The notes beneath the pieces are model-generated. The model was not told where the DNA came from and did no database searches. It was given only the letters and a program-made list of their open reading frames with translations. A DNA stretch of 64,000 nt from assembly GCA_964635965.1 (NCBI GenBank), contig CAZWQX010000001.1:18014-82013 (forward strand), written 5' to 3'. The translations under genes and the position numbers were made by a program. Below are positions 38,129-46,613 of this stretch, piece after piece (positions within the stretch are counted from its first letter, which is position 1; every line of letters starts with the position of its first letter). The stretch comes from an uncultured Cryomorphaceae bacterium (GTDB lineage Bacteria; Bacteroidota; Bacteroidia; Flavobacteriales_D; Cryomorphaceae).

Positions 38129-40066
38129 TTGATCAGTAAGGATACCATCGACAGAATTTTTGAAGCCGTTCGCATTGAAGAGGTTGTGGCCGAGTTCGTT
38201 CAACTGAAAAAAGCAGGATCGAACCTCAAAGGATTGAGCCCATGGACCGATGAGAAGACTCCCTCATTTCTTGTTTCGCCTGCTAAAGGAATCTACAAAG
38301 ATTTTAGTTCAGGGAAAGGAGGTAATGCGGTTTCGTTTCTAATGGAGCTGGAACACATGACCTATCCGGAAGCTCTAAGGTTTCTTGCAGAGAAATACTC
38401 CATCGAAATTGAAGAGACAGGTGTGGAGCCTCAAGATCTGGAAGAAAGGAGTCAAAGGGAGGCGATGGCTCTCGTTAATAAGTTCGCTCTTGAACTCTTT
38501 CAGGAAAATCTTTGGGAGGTAGAAGAAGGAACCAAAATTGCCCTCAGTTATTTCAGAGAGCGGGGTTTCAGCGATAAAACCATCAGAAAGTTTGCCCTTG
38601 GTTATGCCTTGGACAAAAATGACGATGTACTCACAAAAGCGAAAGATGCGGGTCATAACGAAGAACACTTGTTAAACCTCGGGCTCGCAAAAGAAGGAAA
38701 CTACGGGCGTTACGATTTCTTTAGGGGAAGGGTCATCTTTCCGATTAGGAATGTAAGTGGCAGAACGATTGCCTTTGCGGGGCGGACGCTGAAAAGTGAC
38801 AATAAGGTTAAGTACATTAACTCACCCGAGAGTGAGTTATACGATAAAAGCAAAACCCTTTACGGTCTATACGAAGGAAAACAGAGCATAATTAAAGAAG
38901 ATCGATGCTTTTTGGTTGAAGGATATACGGATGTTATTTCGCTTCACCAAGCTGGCGTCGAATATGCCGTAGCCTCTTCAGGAACATCACTCACCGTTGA
39001 GCAGGCCAAGCTGATAAAGCGCTATACCAAAAATGTTTCTGTGCTTTACGATGGCGATAAGGCAGGGGTAAAAGCTGCTATTCGAGGGATTGACCTTCTC
39101 CTTCAAGAAGGCCTCCAGGTGAAAGTTTTGTTGTTTCCCGAAGGTCATGATCCCGACTCCTTTTCAAGATCTGTCTCTCAATCAGAGTTAGAAGAATACC
39201 TATCCGGCCAAAGCCAAGATTTCACCGACTTTATGATCGATGTGATGCTGGATGGTCACGAAAATGATCCCATTAAGAAAGCCGAGGTTTCGAGAAAAAT
39301 AGTCGAAAGTCTCTCGTTCATAGCCGATCAGATCACGAGAAGTATTTATATCCAGCGTTGCAGCAAAAAGCTCGACTTACCTGAAAAAGCGTTGGTTAGC
39401 GAGCTGAACAAATTTCTCAGGCAAAGGCATCTCAAGAAAGCGGGAGTCGCACCTGAAATCATCAAAGAAGAAAGAGAAAAAGCGACGGGTGGTGTCGAAG
39501 AGTTGGCACCTGAAGAACCCGGTGTATGGGAGCGCGAAGTGGTCAGAATTCTTTTAAATTATGGCTCGAAGAAATTCCAGGTTTCAGTGTTAAATGAAAC
39601 CGAAGAAGAAGAAAAAATTGAAGTAGCCGTTGCCGAGTACATCCTTCACGATCTCAATCAAGATGAAATCAATTTTGAATCACCAGTTTATTCCAGGGTA
39701 GTAGACTTGTTTAGGACTGGGTTTGAAGAAAATGGTCAATACCCTGATACGAATGAATTAGTGCGAGAAGCTGATTTGAATGAAATTATTGCTGCACTCA
39801 TTACCAACCCTTATGAACTGAGTGATAACTGGGCTGAACGACATAAAATTTACACCCATACTGAAGAACACGACTTGAGAAGAACCGTTTTAGACCCACT
39901 GATGCGTTTAAAACTGAATAAGATCAAAAGCAGGATGAAGTACCTTGATACTGCAATTCGTCAGGCAGAGAACGAAGAAGAGTTACATTTACATCTCCGT
40001 GAAAAAGTGAAGTTGGATAAAATGAAAATCCGTGTAAGCGACTTTTTCGGTAGCTCAATTATTTGA
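38129..40066 (+). CDS. dnaG: DNA primase
   Basis: N-terminal zf-CHC2-like region (GLSPWTDEKTPSF), FFRGRVIFPI, KYINSPE, TOPRIM VEGYTDV and YDGDKAG; start set at TTG 38129. Confidence 0.96.
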   Translation: MISKDTIDRIFEAVRIEEVVAEFVQLKKAGSNLKGLSPWTDEKTPSFLVSPAKGIYKDFSSGKGGNAVSFLMELEHMTYPEALRFLAEKYSIEIEETGVEPQDLEERSQREAMALVNKFALELFQENLWEVEEGTKIALSYFRERGFSDKTIRKFALGYALDKNDDVLTKAKDAGHNEEHLLNLGLAKEGNYGRYDFFRGRVIFPIRNVSGRTIAFAGRTLKSDNKVKYINSPESELYDKSKTLYGLYEGKQSIIKEDRCFLVEGYTDVISLHQAGVEYAVASSGTSLTVEQAKLIKRYTKNVSVLYDGDKAGVKAAIRGIDLLLQEGLQVKVLLFPEGHDPDSFSRSVSQSELEEYLSGQSQDFTDFMIDVMLDGHENDPIKKAEVSRKIVESLSFIADQITRSIYIQRCSKKLDLPEKALVSELNKFLRQRHLKKAGVAPEIIKEEREKATGGVEELAPEEPGVWEREVVRILLNYGSKKFQVSVLNETEEEEKIEVAVAEYILHDLNQDEINFESPVYSRVVDLFRTGFEENGQYPDTNELVREADLNEIIAALITNPYELSDNWAERHKIYTHTEEHDLRRTVLDPLMRLKLNKIKSRMKYLDTAIRQAENEEELHLHLREKVKLDKMKIRVSDFFGSSII

Positions 40067-40070
40067 TCAC

Positions 40071-41177
40071 ATGAACGACTTTCTCGGCTACAGCCTTTAC
40101 GAATCTGAAGTTGTTTCGATTACGATCGGAAACATTTTGTCGTTGCTACTGATCATTGTAGCCACCCGTTTCCTTCTTCGTTTCTATAAGGTATTTGTCC
40201 ATCGAAAAATTCGAGCTTTAGACGTTTTCGACAAGGAAAGGGAACAACTTTTTCTGAAATCGGGAAGGAACATTCTACTCGCGATCAGCACCGTGATAGC
40301 AATAATTAGCTTAGGACTTTCACCCTTACTAGAGCTAATATTTGACTATACCCTCTTTCATACTGAGAATGTAGAAATAACAGTCGGCAAGATTCTCATA
40401 TTCATATTAATCCTCTTCGTCGCAAGGATAATTTCAAGATTGATTCGAATCATTCTGAAAAAGAACTTTTCGCGTAAAGCCTGGGTTGATGAGGGTAAAG
40501 AATACACCGTATTTAAGCTAACGAAGTACGGGCTTTATGGGGTAGCCGTGCTGTTAGGGCTTACCAGTATTGGTATCGATATGAAGTTGATACTGGCAGG
40601 TGCAGGTGCGTTGTTAGTGGGTATTGGATTTGGACTTCAGTATTTATTCTATGATCTGATTTCAGGGTTGATCATTCTTTTTGAGGGTCCGATAAAAGTT
40701 GGAGATGTCATTGAAGTTGACGGTCTGGTTGCTCGGGTGAAGCAAATCGATATTCGGACTTCTAAAGTGATGACACGCGATGGGAAATACATCATCATTC
40801 CCAACTCCAAACTAATCGGAGAAAACGTGGTAAACTGGAGTCATGGTAGCACACTTACCCGATTTAATATCAAAGTAGGGGTGAAATACGGCAGCGATAC
40901 CGCCCTGGTGAAAGAGGTGCTTTACAACTGTGCTTTGCGCCATCCCGATGTGAGTAAGAATCGTGAAATAATTGTCCGATTTGACGACTTCGGCGATAGT
41001 GCCTTGATGTTTTCCGTTTTCTTTTGGGCGAAGAAAACCTGGGTTGTTGAGACCCTACAAAGTGAAATCCGATTTGACATTGACCGTCAGTTCAGAGAAC
41101 ACGATATTCACATTCCTTTTCCTCAAAGAGACCTGCACATCATCAGCAACCCTGATTCCAGAGCTAAGGAAACCTGA
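40071..41177 (+). CDS. Small-conductance mechanosensitive channel (MscS family)
   Basis: GIGFGLQ...DLISG, IKVGDVIE, IIPNS, VGVKYGSD, IPFPQRDLH. Confidence 0.92.
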   Translation: MNDFLGYSLYESEVVSITIGNILSLLLIIVATRFLLRFYKVFVHRKIRALDVFDKEREQLFLKSGRNILLAISTVIAIISLGLSPLLELIFDYTLFHTENVEITVGKILIFILILFVARIISRLIRIILKKNFSRKAWVDEGKEYTVFKLTKYGLYGVAVLLGLTSIGIDMKLILAGAGALLVGIGFGLQYLFYDLISGLIILFEGPIKVGDVIEVDGLVARVKQIDIRTSKVMTRDGKYIIIPNSKLIGENVVNWSHGSTLTRFNIKVGVKYGSDTALVKEVLYNCALRHPDVSKNREIIVRFDDFGDSALMFSVFFWAKKTWVVETLQSEIRFDIDRQFREHDIHIPFPQRDLHIISNPDSRAKET

Positions 41178-42951
41178 GATCCTTGGCGACGAGCTGAATT
41201 GTTCTTTTCCCTTTCCAGTTGTTCTCTTCAATCGTGTATGCCAACTCAAATGGAATCCCTCGGCTTATTGCCTTTATATGGTCAGCAAAGCCAAATGCAA
41301 TAACGGGTAGCAGGGACGACGGCTTACCATCTTGAAAAACCTTCATCTTTAAATGATTATCACCGACGGGATAAACTTCTTTTGCGCGACAATGAGGGGT
41401 AGAGAAGATTGGAGGCAAATTATCGGGACCAAAAGGCCTGAATTTATTTAATTGAGCAAAGAATTCGGGATAATTGTCAGAATACCAATCGCAAAAGTCC
41501 AAGGACAACGCCAAATTGAGTTTTGGTTTCAATTCCTTTCTCTCAATCTCCTCAGAAGCTATTTTCCTGAAGGCCAGCTTAAAGGCCTCAAAATTGTTCG
41601 ACTCTAAGGTTAATCCTGCTGCAGCTGAATGACCACCATGTCGTACAAGATATGTGGTCAATCTGTTTAGAGCATGACTAATATTAAATCCCTCCACACT
41701 TCTTGCACTTCCAGTGAATACACCTTCTTTTTCGGAAAAGACAATCGTAGGACGATGGTATACCTCCATTAAGCGAGAAGCGACAATTCCGATTACTCCT
41801 TTATGCCATGAACTGTCAGCGACGATTGTTGCGGAATGGTTTTCGCTGCCTTCCTCTTCTCTGACTTTTAATAATGCGGCCTCTGTAATTTTCTTGTCAA
41901 GATGCTTGCGTTCATTATTGAGTACTTCTATATGGTCTGCTCGCTCTTGAGCTCTTTCAGTATTTTCCTCTGTCAGAAGCTCCACTGCATGCTTTGCATG
42001 TTCCAACCTTCCTGCAGCATTAATCCTAGGACCAACCTTGAAAACCACGTCACTTACATTAAGAGGAGTAGACGACTGACCTGCGGTTTTCAGGAGGGCT
42101 TTTATACCGGCATTCTTAGAATTACTGAGTACTGACAGTCCTTTAGAAACGATTGCCCGGTTGACACCTATCATTGGTACAATATCACAACAAGTAGCAA
42201 TGGCCGCGAATTCGAAGCTAGAATCAAGATCTTTCTCAACTACGTTGAACCTAGGTGCAATGCTTCTAATTAACATCAATGCTACTCCGCAACCGCAGAG
42301 CACTTTATCTTTAAAAGAACAGTCTTCTTGTTTGGGATTTAAAATCGCATTTGCTTTCGGAAGCGTTCTACCTGCTTCATGATGATCGCAGATAATTGTT
42401 TTAATCTTGGACTGGCTTAACCTGTCTATTCCTTCTATGGCACGAATACCACAATCAAGAGTTATAAGCAAGCTAACACCATCTGCATCAGCAGCTTCAA
42501 CCCCCCTTTCACTTAATCCATAACCCTCATTGTATCTATCAGGTATATAGTAGTCAACGTTAGCTCCCAACTTTTTCAAGAATAGGTACATCATTGCTAC
42601 GGAGCTTACTCCATCTACATCGTAATCACCATAAAGTCGGATATGATTCTTATTTCGAACCGCTTCTTCCAATATATCAGTGGCAATTTCGAGGTCCTTG
42701 AGATATCCTGCATTCGAAATTCTTGATAGATCAGTTGAAAAATAGTCTTGAATTTCACTACCGTTCGTCAATCCTTTTGCCACTAATAAAGAAGCAATTA
42801 CAGGATGTAAGTTTGAAAATCGTTCGCAAAGCTCATGAACCAAACTTGTTGATGGTGAGTTGGGTTCGATCCACTCAAATCTTGTGCTGAATGGCTCTCT
42901 GACATTTTCAGAAGTATGAAATCCTGTTTTTGGAATCATCGATTCACTCAT
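41164..42951 (-). CDS. recJ: Single-stranded-DNA-specific exonuclease RecJ
   Basis: GDYDVDG, IPDRYNEGYG, TLDCG, CDHH, GPRINAAGR, GSARS, GGHSAAAG. Confidence 0.96.
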   Translation of the reverse strand: MSESMIPKTGFHTSENVREPFSTRFEWIEPNSPSTSLVHELCERFSNLHPVIASLLVAKGLTNGSEIQDYFSTDLSRISNAGYLKDLEIATDILEEAVRNKNHIRLYGDYDVDGVSSVAMMYLFLKKLGANVDYYIPDRYNEGYGLSERGVEAADADGVSLLITLDCGIRAIEGIDRLSQSKIKTIICDHHEAGRTLPKANAILNPKQEDCSFKDKVLCGCGVALMLIRSIAPRFNVVEKDLDSSFEFAAIATCCDIVPMIGVNRAIVSKGLSVLSNSKNAGIKALLKTAGQSSTPLNVSDVVFKVGPRINAAGRLEHAKHAVELLTEENTERAQERADHIEVLNNERKHLDKKITEAALLKVREEEGSENHSATIVADSSWHKGVIGIVASRLMEVYHRPTIVFSEKEGVFTGSARSVEGFNISHALNRLTTYLVRHGGHSAAAGLTLESNNFEAFKLAFRKIASEEIERKELKPKLNLALSLDFCDWYSDNYPEFFAQLNKFRPFGPDNLPPIFSTPHCRAKEVYPVGDNHLKMKVFQDGKPSSLLPVIAFGFADHIKAISRGIPFELAYTIEENNWKGKRTIQLVAKDLRFP

Positions 42952-42983
42952 TTATCAATGTGATCACTAGAAACAACTTTGAT

Positions 42984-42991
42984 TATATTTG
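42984..42991 (+). promoter_or_regulatory. -7 promoter element for the Cys-rich lipoprotein gene
   Basis: TATATTTG, 56 nt upstream of the ATG. Confidence 0.5.
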
Positions 42992-43047
42992 GGCGTCTCT
43001 AGTGTATACAATCACTGGGATAATAGCCCGTATCCAACCTTATTTAG

Positions 43048-44715
43048 ATGAAATTTAATTTTCTGAGACTACTCTTCATCACCGTTTCGATTGCTTTTGC
43101 CGTTACCTCCTGTAGGAATGAAGATAACAAAATCGAGCCTACTTGTTTCGATGAAGTCCAAAATCAAGGAGAAACAGGAATAGACTGCGGAGGACCATGT
43201 GAAGAATGCCTTCCAACTTGCACCGATGGGATCGCTAATGGAACCGAGTTTTTTATTGACTGTGGTGGGGAAGAATGTTTGCCTTGTGCAACATGTGACG
43301 ATAATATTCAAAATGCTCACTGGGTATTTGATCCGAATCTGACTATGGCCGATTTCGGAAGTGAAGGAGTGGGTATGGCTAATGGAGTACTTTTCCGCCT
43401 TGTAATGGAACAAGGAATTGATTGTGGCTATCCTTGCGAAAACTTCTGTACTCCGACTTGTGATGACGGAATCCAGAATGGTGATGAAGAAGGGGTTGAT
43501 TGCGGAGGAACGCTTTGTGAATTTCCCTGTCCTCCGCCAAATTGCGCTGATGGAATTCAAAATGGTCTTGAGACAGGAGTTGATTGTGGGGCACCTGGTT
43601 GTCCTGATTGTCCAATGCCTACGTGTAATGATGGCATTCAGAACGTTCATATTGAATACGTAGAAATCAGCCCTTCAGCGCCGCAAGGATATATTGTGGT
43701 AGTAGAAGAAGGAATTGACTGCGATAGCAATTTCGAAACGTCTTGTCCGGATTGTCCGCTTCCAACATGTTTCGATGGAATTTTAAACCAAGGTGAAGAA
43801 GCCATCGACTGCGGAGGTCCTTGCCCGAATGCTTGCGACCCAACACCGAGCTGTGCCAATGGAATACAAGACGGTACTGAAACCGGAGTGGATTGCGACG
43901 ACGATCCGAATACTCCTTGTCCTAACTGTGCCACCTGTTCAGATGAGATTCAAAACGGTCCTGAACTAGAAGTTGACTGCGTTGATTATCCTATTCCCCA
44001 ATACGATGGTGGAACGTGTGCACTTTGTATTTCTTGCCACGATTTGGTTCAGAATCAGAATGAAGTTGACGTGGATTGTGGAGGTCCGAATTGTGAGCGA
44101 TGTACTCAGTTCATTACCGCAACCGGAATTGGTGCCGGTGATAACCCAAGCAGTTTTGCCGACCAACAAACTTTCAATGAGTTATTGGCCACTGCGGGGC
44201 AAGACACTCTCACGATAACCGCTTCTACAGGTCCTGATGGCTTGTTTATTGAAAAGGTTAGCAACTTCTCCGGACCTGATTATCTAAAAGCAACAGCTAT
44301 TTCAGAATTAGAAACTCCCGAGGGAGAAAGATTCAGGAGAACGCTTGTGTTATATCTGCCGATGCCGGAAGGAATTGGACAAGATAATCCTGTTCCTGTG
44401 ATCTTGATTCCACCCCTTCTTCCAACGGGTGATATTGGATTCCCTATTGAAGAGGTACCATTTATATTCTATCGTGAGGAGCTTGTAGGAAATCCAAATT
44501 TTGTAGTCAGAAATTTCTCTTCTTGGAATATATCCATGGATGCAGAGTTGACTTATACTTATGAATTCTCGGATGTCCTAAGTGGTTTTTATGTGCAAGG
44601 AAGTTTCTCTGATCTAGAAATAGTTGCCCCTATTTTTGTTCCAGGTGGAGATGATGAAGCAATTCTCGGTTCGGCAAATGGAATTTCGTTTGCCTTTGAT
44701 TATTCTCCATTCTAG
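43048..44715 (+). CDS. Lipoprotein with ten Cys/Asp-rich repeats and an unknown C-terminal domain
   Basis: Lipobox AVTSC; repeats of TCxDGIQNxxExGxDCGGxCxxC. Confidence 0.8.
   Translation: MKFNFLRLLFITVSIAFAVTSCRNEDNKIEPTCFDEVQNQGETGIDCGGPCEECLPTCTDGIANGTEFFIDCGGEECLPCATCDDNIQNAHWVFDPNLTMADFGSEGVGMANGVLFRLVMEQGIDCGYPCENFCTPTCDDGIQNGDEEGVDCGGTLCEFPCPPPNCADGIQNGLETGVDCGAPGCPDCPMPTCNDGIQNVHIEYVEISPSAPQGYIVVVEEGIDCDSNFETSCPDCPLPTCFDGILNQGEEAIDCGGPCPNACDPTPSCANGIQDGTETGVDCDDDPNTPCPNCATCSDEIQNGPELEVDCVDYPIPQYDGGTCALCISCHDLVQNQNEVDVDCGGPNCERCTQFITATGIGAGDNPSSFADQQTFNELLATAGQDTLTITASTGPDGLFIEKVSNFSGPDYLKATAISELETPEGERFRRTLVLYLPMPEGIGQDNPVPVILIPPLLPTGDIGFPIEEVPFIFYREELVGNPNFVVRNFSSWNISMDAELTYTYEFSDVLSGFYVQGSFSDLEIVAPIFVPGGDDEAILGSANGISFAFDYSPF
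43141..44103 (+). repeat. Ten tandem, degenerate protein-level Cys/Asp repeats
   Basis: Counted by eye from TCFDEVQNQGETGIDCGGPCEEC to SCHDLVQNQNEVDVDCGGPNCERC. Confidence 0.85.
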
Positions 44716-44733
44716 AAAAATTCAACTCATTTT

Positions 44734-44766
44734 AAAAGGCCGGTCTTGATCGGCCTTTTTTTTTTT
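44734..44766 (+). terminator. Intrinsic terminator
   Basis: AAAAGGCCG-gtcttgat-CGGCCTTTT followed by a long T run. Confidence 0.85.
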
Positions 44767-44893
44767 GAAATTCTTAATCGGCCGAATAACTATTTCAAAT
44801 AATAAGTATAATTATACCGATAAGTGGAGATCCGAAACCACAAAAACGAGGCGTTACCGAAAAGCCAAATGAGTAGGACCTAATTAATATATT

Positions 44894-45184
44894 ATGAAGC
44901 TATTTAAAAATCTCTTTTTCCTCGGTGCGGGAATTATGATGCTCAGTTCATGCTACGTAAATACCGTGGTTGTAGGAAATGGAGCTCAAGGAAACAAAGA
45001 AGTCAAAGCTTGGAATCATTATGTGATTTATGGATTAGCGCCTGTTGGCGTAGCCGATCCTGCTAAGCTCGCAGGAGACGCCAAGGATTACGATGTGGAA
45101 ATCAAGCACTCATTTGTCAATGGATTAGTTGCCGGTTTAACCTTTGGAATCTACACCCCCACAACTACGACTGTAATTAAGTAA
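44894..45184 (+). CDS. Bor/Iss family lipoprotein
   Basis: Lipobox LSSC; WNHYVIYGL and HSFVNGLVAGLTFGIYTP pattern. Confidence 0.8.
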   Translation: MKLFKNLFFLGAGIMMLSSCYVNTVVVGNGAQGNKEVKAWNHYVIYGLAPVGVADPAKLAGDAKDYDVEIKHSFVNGLVAGLTFGIYTPTTTTVIK

Positions 45185-45208
45185 TACGGTCAACATCCGC
45201 AGAACAAG

Positions 45209-45403
45209 ATGAAATTCATTTTTGGAATATCCATTCTGATCCTCCTAATCAGTATTATCATGGGAATTCGAATTTTGATCATTGTAAGTTCCGGCGAAGT
45301 CACCCCATTTGGTTACGGCTACTCTACCGGAATACTTATTCTATTTACCATAGGATTGCTCGGTACGATTCTTTCAGGAAGAAAGATATTCCGAGAAAAC
45401 TAG
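45209..45403 (+). CDS. Small two-TM membrane protein
   Basis: 64 aa, two hydrophobic helices; lies between bor and a terminator. Confidence 0.55.
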   Translation: MKFIFGISILILLISIIMGIRILIIVSSGEVTPFGYGYSTGILILFTIGLLGTILSGRKIFREN

Positions 45404-45426
45404 GAGAGTTACAATTTGAACAATGT

Positions 45427-45458
45427 AAAAGGCGACACCAAATGGTGTCGCCTTTTTT
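45427..45458. terminator. Bidirectional intrinsic terminator
   Basis: AAAA-GGCGACACCA-aa-TGGTGTCGCC-TTTTTT; T tracts on both strands; separates the bor block from the tRNA-like gene. Confidence 0.85.
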
Positions 45459-45459
45459 G

Positions 45460-45574
45460 CTGTAGGGGAAGGATTCGAACCTTCACGGAGCAGTTAGCCG
45501 ATAGCAGCGCCGATTTATCCCTTAACTCCACCCCCGAGACAGGAGGGCATGTCTGCCGGTTTCATCACCCTACA
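45460..45574 (-). tRNA. Non-canonical tRNA-like RNA: Asp (GTC) anticodon, 46-nt variable region, 115 nt
   Basis: TGTAGGG/CCCTACA acceptor + G73; ATG/CAT D stem with GG; CCCTC-CTGTCTC-GGGGG anticodon arm; GAAGG-TTCGAAT-CCTTC T arm. Confidence 0.85.
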
Positions 45575-45702
45575 TTGTTGACACTAAGGTATATTTAATA
45601 CCGATAAAATGCATATTTCGTTACTATTTATGATTATTTTTACGATATAATCAAAATATAGCCGATCCATTGCATATTACGCAATCCAATCTAAATAATT
45701 GA

Positions 45703-46182
45703 ATGAGCAATTACCAAATTGACAATGTAGATCTCCAAATTCTGGAAATTCTTAGCGAGAATGCACGAACTGCTTACACGGAAATCGCCGAAAAGCTACT
45801 CGTATCCCCGGGAACCATTCACGTCAGAATGAAAAAAATGGAAGCTGCCGGAATGGTAAAGGGTACTGAAATCGTAGTAGACCCAATCAAACTGGGATTT
45901 GATCTTACCGCTTTTATTGGCGTTTTCCTTGACAAGGGCGCCACATACAATGATGTGATAGATCAACTCAAAGAAATTGACGAGATCACCGAGGCATACT
46001 ACACAACAGGAGGTTACAGTATCTTCTTGAAAGTAATGTGCAAGAACACGGAAAACCTAAGAGACGTGTTAAACCAAAAAATCCAAAGAGTAGGGGGAAT
46101 TCAGAGGACCGAGACTATCATCTCTCTTGAGCAAAGCATTCGTCGAAAGGCACCGCTAAGAACGATTAAACCCAGGCGTTAA
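45703..46182 (+). CDS. asnC: Lrp/AsnC family regulator, close to E. coli AsnC
   Basis: NARTAYTEIA..L.VSPGTIHVRMKKM, EAYYTTGGYSIFLKVMC, QRTETIISL. Confidence 0.88.
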   Translation: MSNYQIDNVDLQILEILSENARTAYTEIAEKLLVSPGTIHVRMKKMEAAGMVKGTEIVVDPIKLGFDLTAFIGVFLDKGATYNDVIDQLKEIDEITEAYYTTGGYSIFLKVMCKNTENLRDVLNQKIQRVGGIQRTETIISLEQSIRRKAPLRTIKPRR

Positions 46183-46262
46183 ACTTTTTTTCGATTTCTG
46201 TCCCCGAACCTGAAATCAGTTTCGTCACTTGAGTAAATTAATAATCTTAAAAACTAATTATC

Positions 46263-46613
46263 ATGAAAGACTACATGCTGTTATTCTTGGGAGCTGATTA
46301 CGGGACACTAGGATTATCACCGGAAGAAATTCAAATGAGAATGGGTAAATGGATGTCCTGGTCGGAAAAGTTGTACGAAACCGGAATAGCCAAAGGAGGG
46401 GAGGCTTTACATGCCGATGGAATTAAGAGAATCTCGGGAGCCGATCAAACCGTAACCGATGTTGCAGCCGCCGAGCTTAAAGAACTAATTGGCGGATATT
46501 TCATCGTCAAAGCCAACAATGTTGAAGAGGCCATAAAAATTGCCGAAGATTTTCCCGATTACGATCTGGGAGGAACGGTTGAAGTAAGAGAGGTCATTGT
46601 TTTCGATCGATGA
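46263..46613 (+). CDS. YciI/DGPF-like protein
   Basis: YMLLF, GGEAL, KELIGGYFIVKA, GGTVEVREV (the DGPF motif itself is degenerate). Confidence 0.8.
   Translation: MKDYMLLFLGADYGTLGLSPEEIQMRMGKWMSWSEKLYETGIAKGGEALHADGIKRISGADQTVTDVAAAELKELIGGYFIVKANNVEEAIKIAEDFPDYDLGGTVEVREVIVFDR

Noticed and set aside
43141-44103. CRISPR or DNA tandem repeat
   Set aside because: The repeats are conserved only at the protein level inside an ORF; there are no identical DNA repeats with spacers.
44814-44845. Possible hammerhead ribozyme (CCGATAAG...CGAAAC)
   Set aside because: The core deviates from CUGAnGA at two conserved positions and stem II cannot form properly.
45460-45574. Interpretation as tRNA-Sec, tmRNA or an intron-containing tRNA
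   Set aside because: No TCA anticodon or 8/5 fold; no G3-U70 or tag ORF; the insert is far too short for a group I intron and sits in the variable region.
44814-45607. 10-bp direct repeat ATACCGATAA at 44814 and 45598 flanking the bor/tRNA-like block
   Set aside because: Short and AT-rich; not a tRNA 3'-end duplication; no recombinase. Chance is a sufficient explanation.
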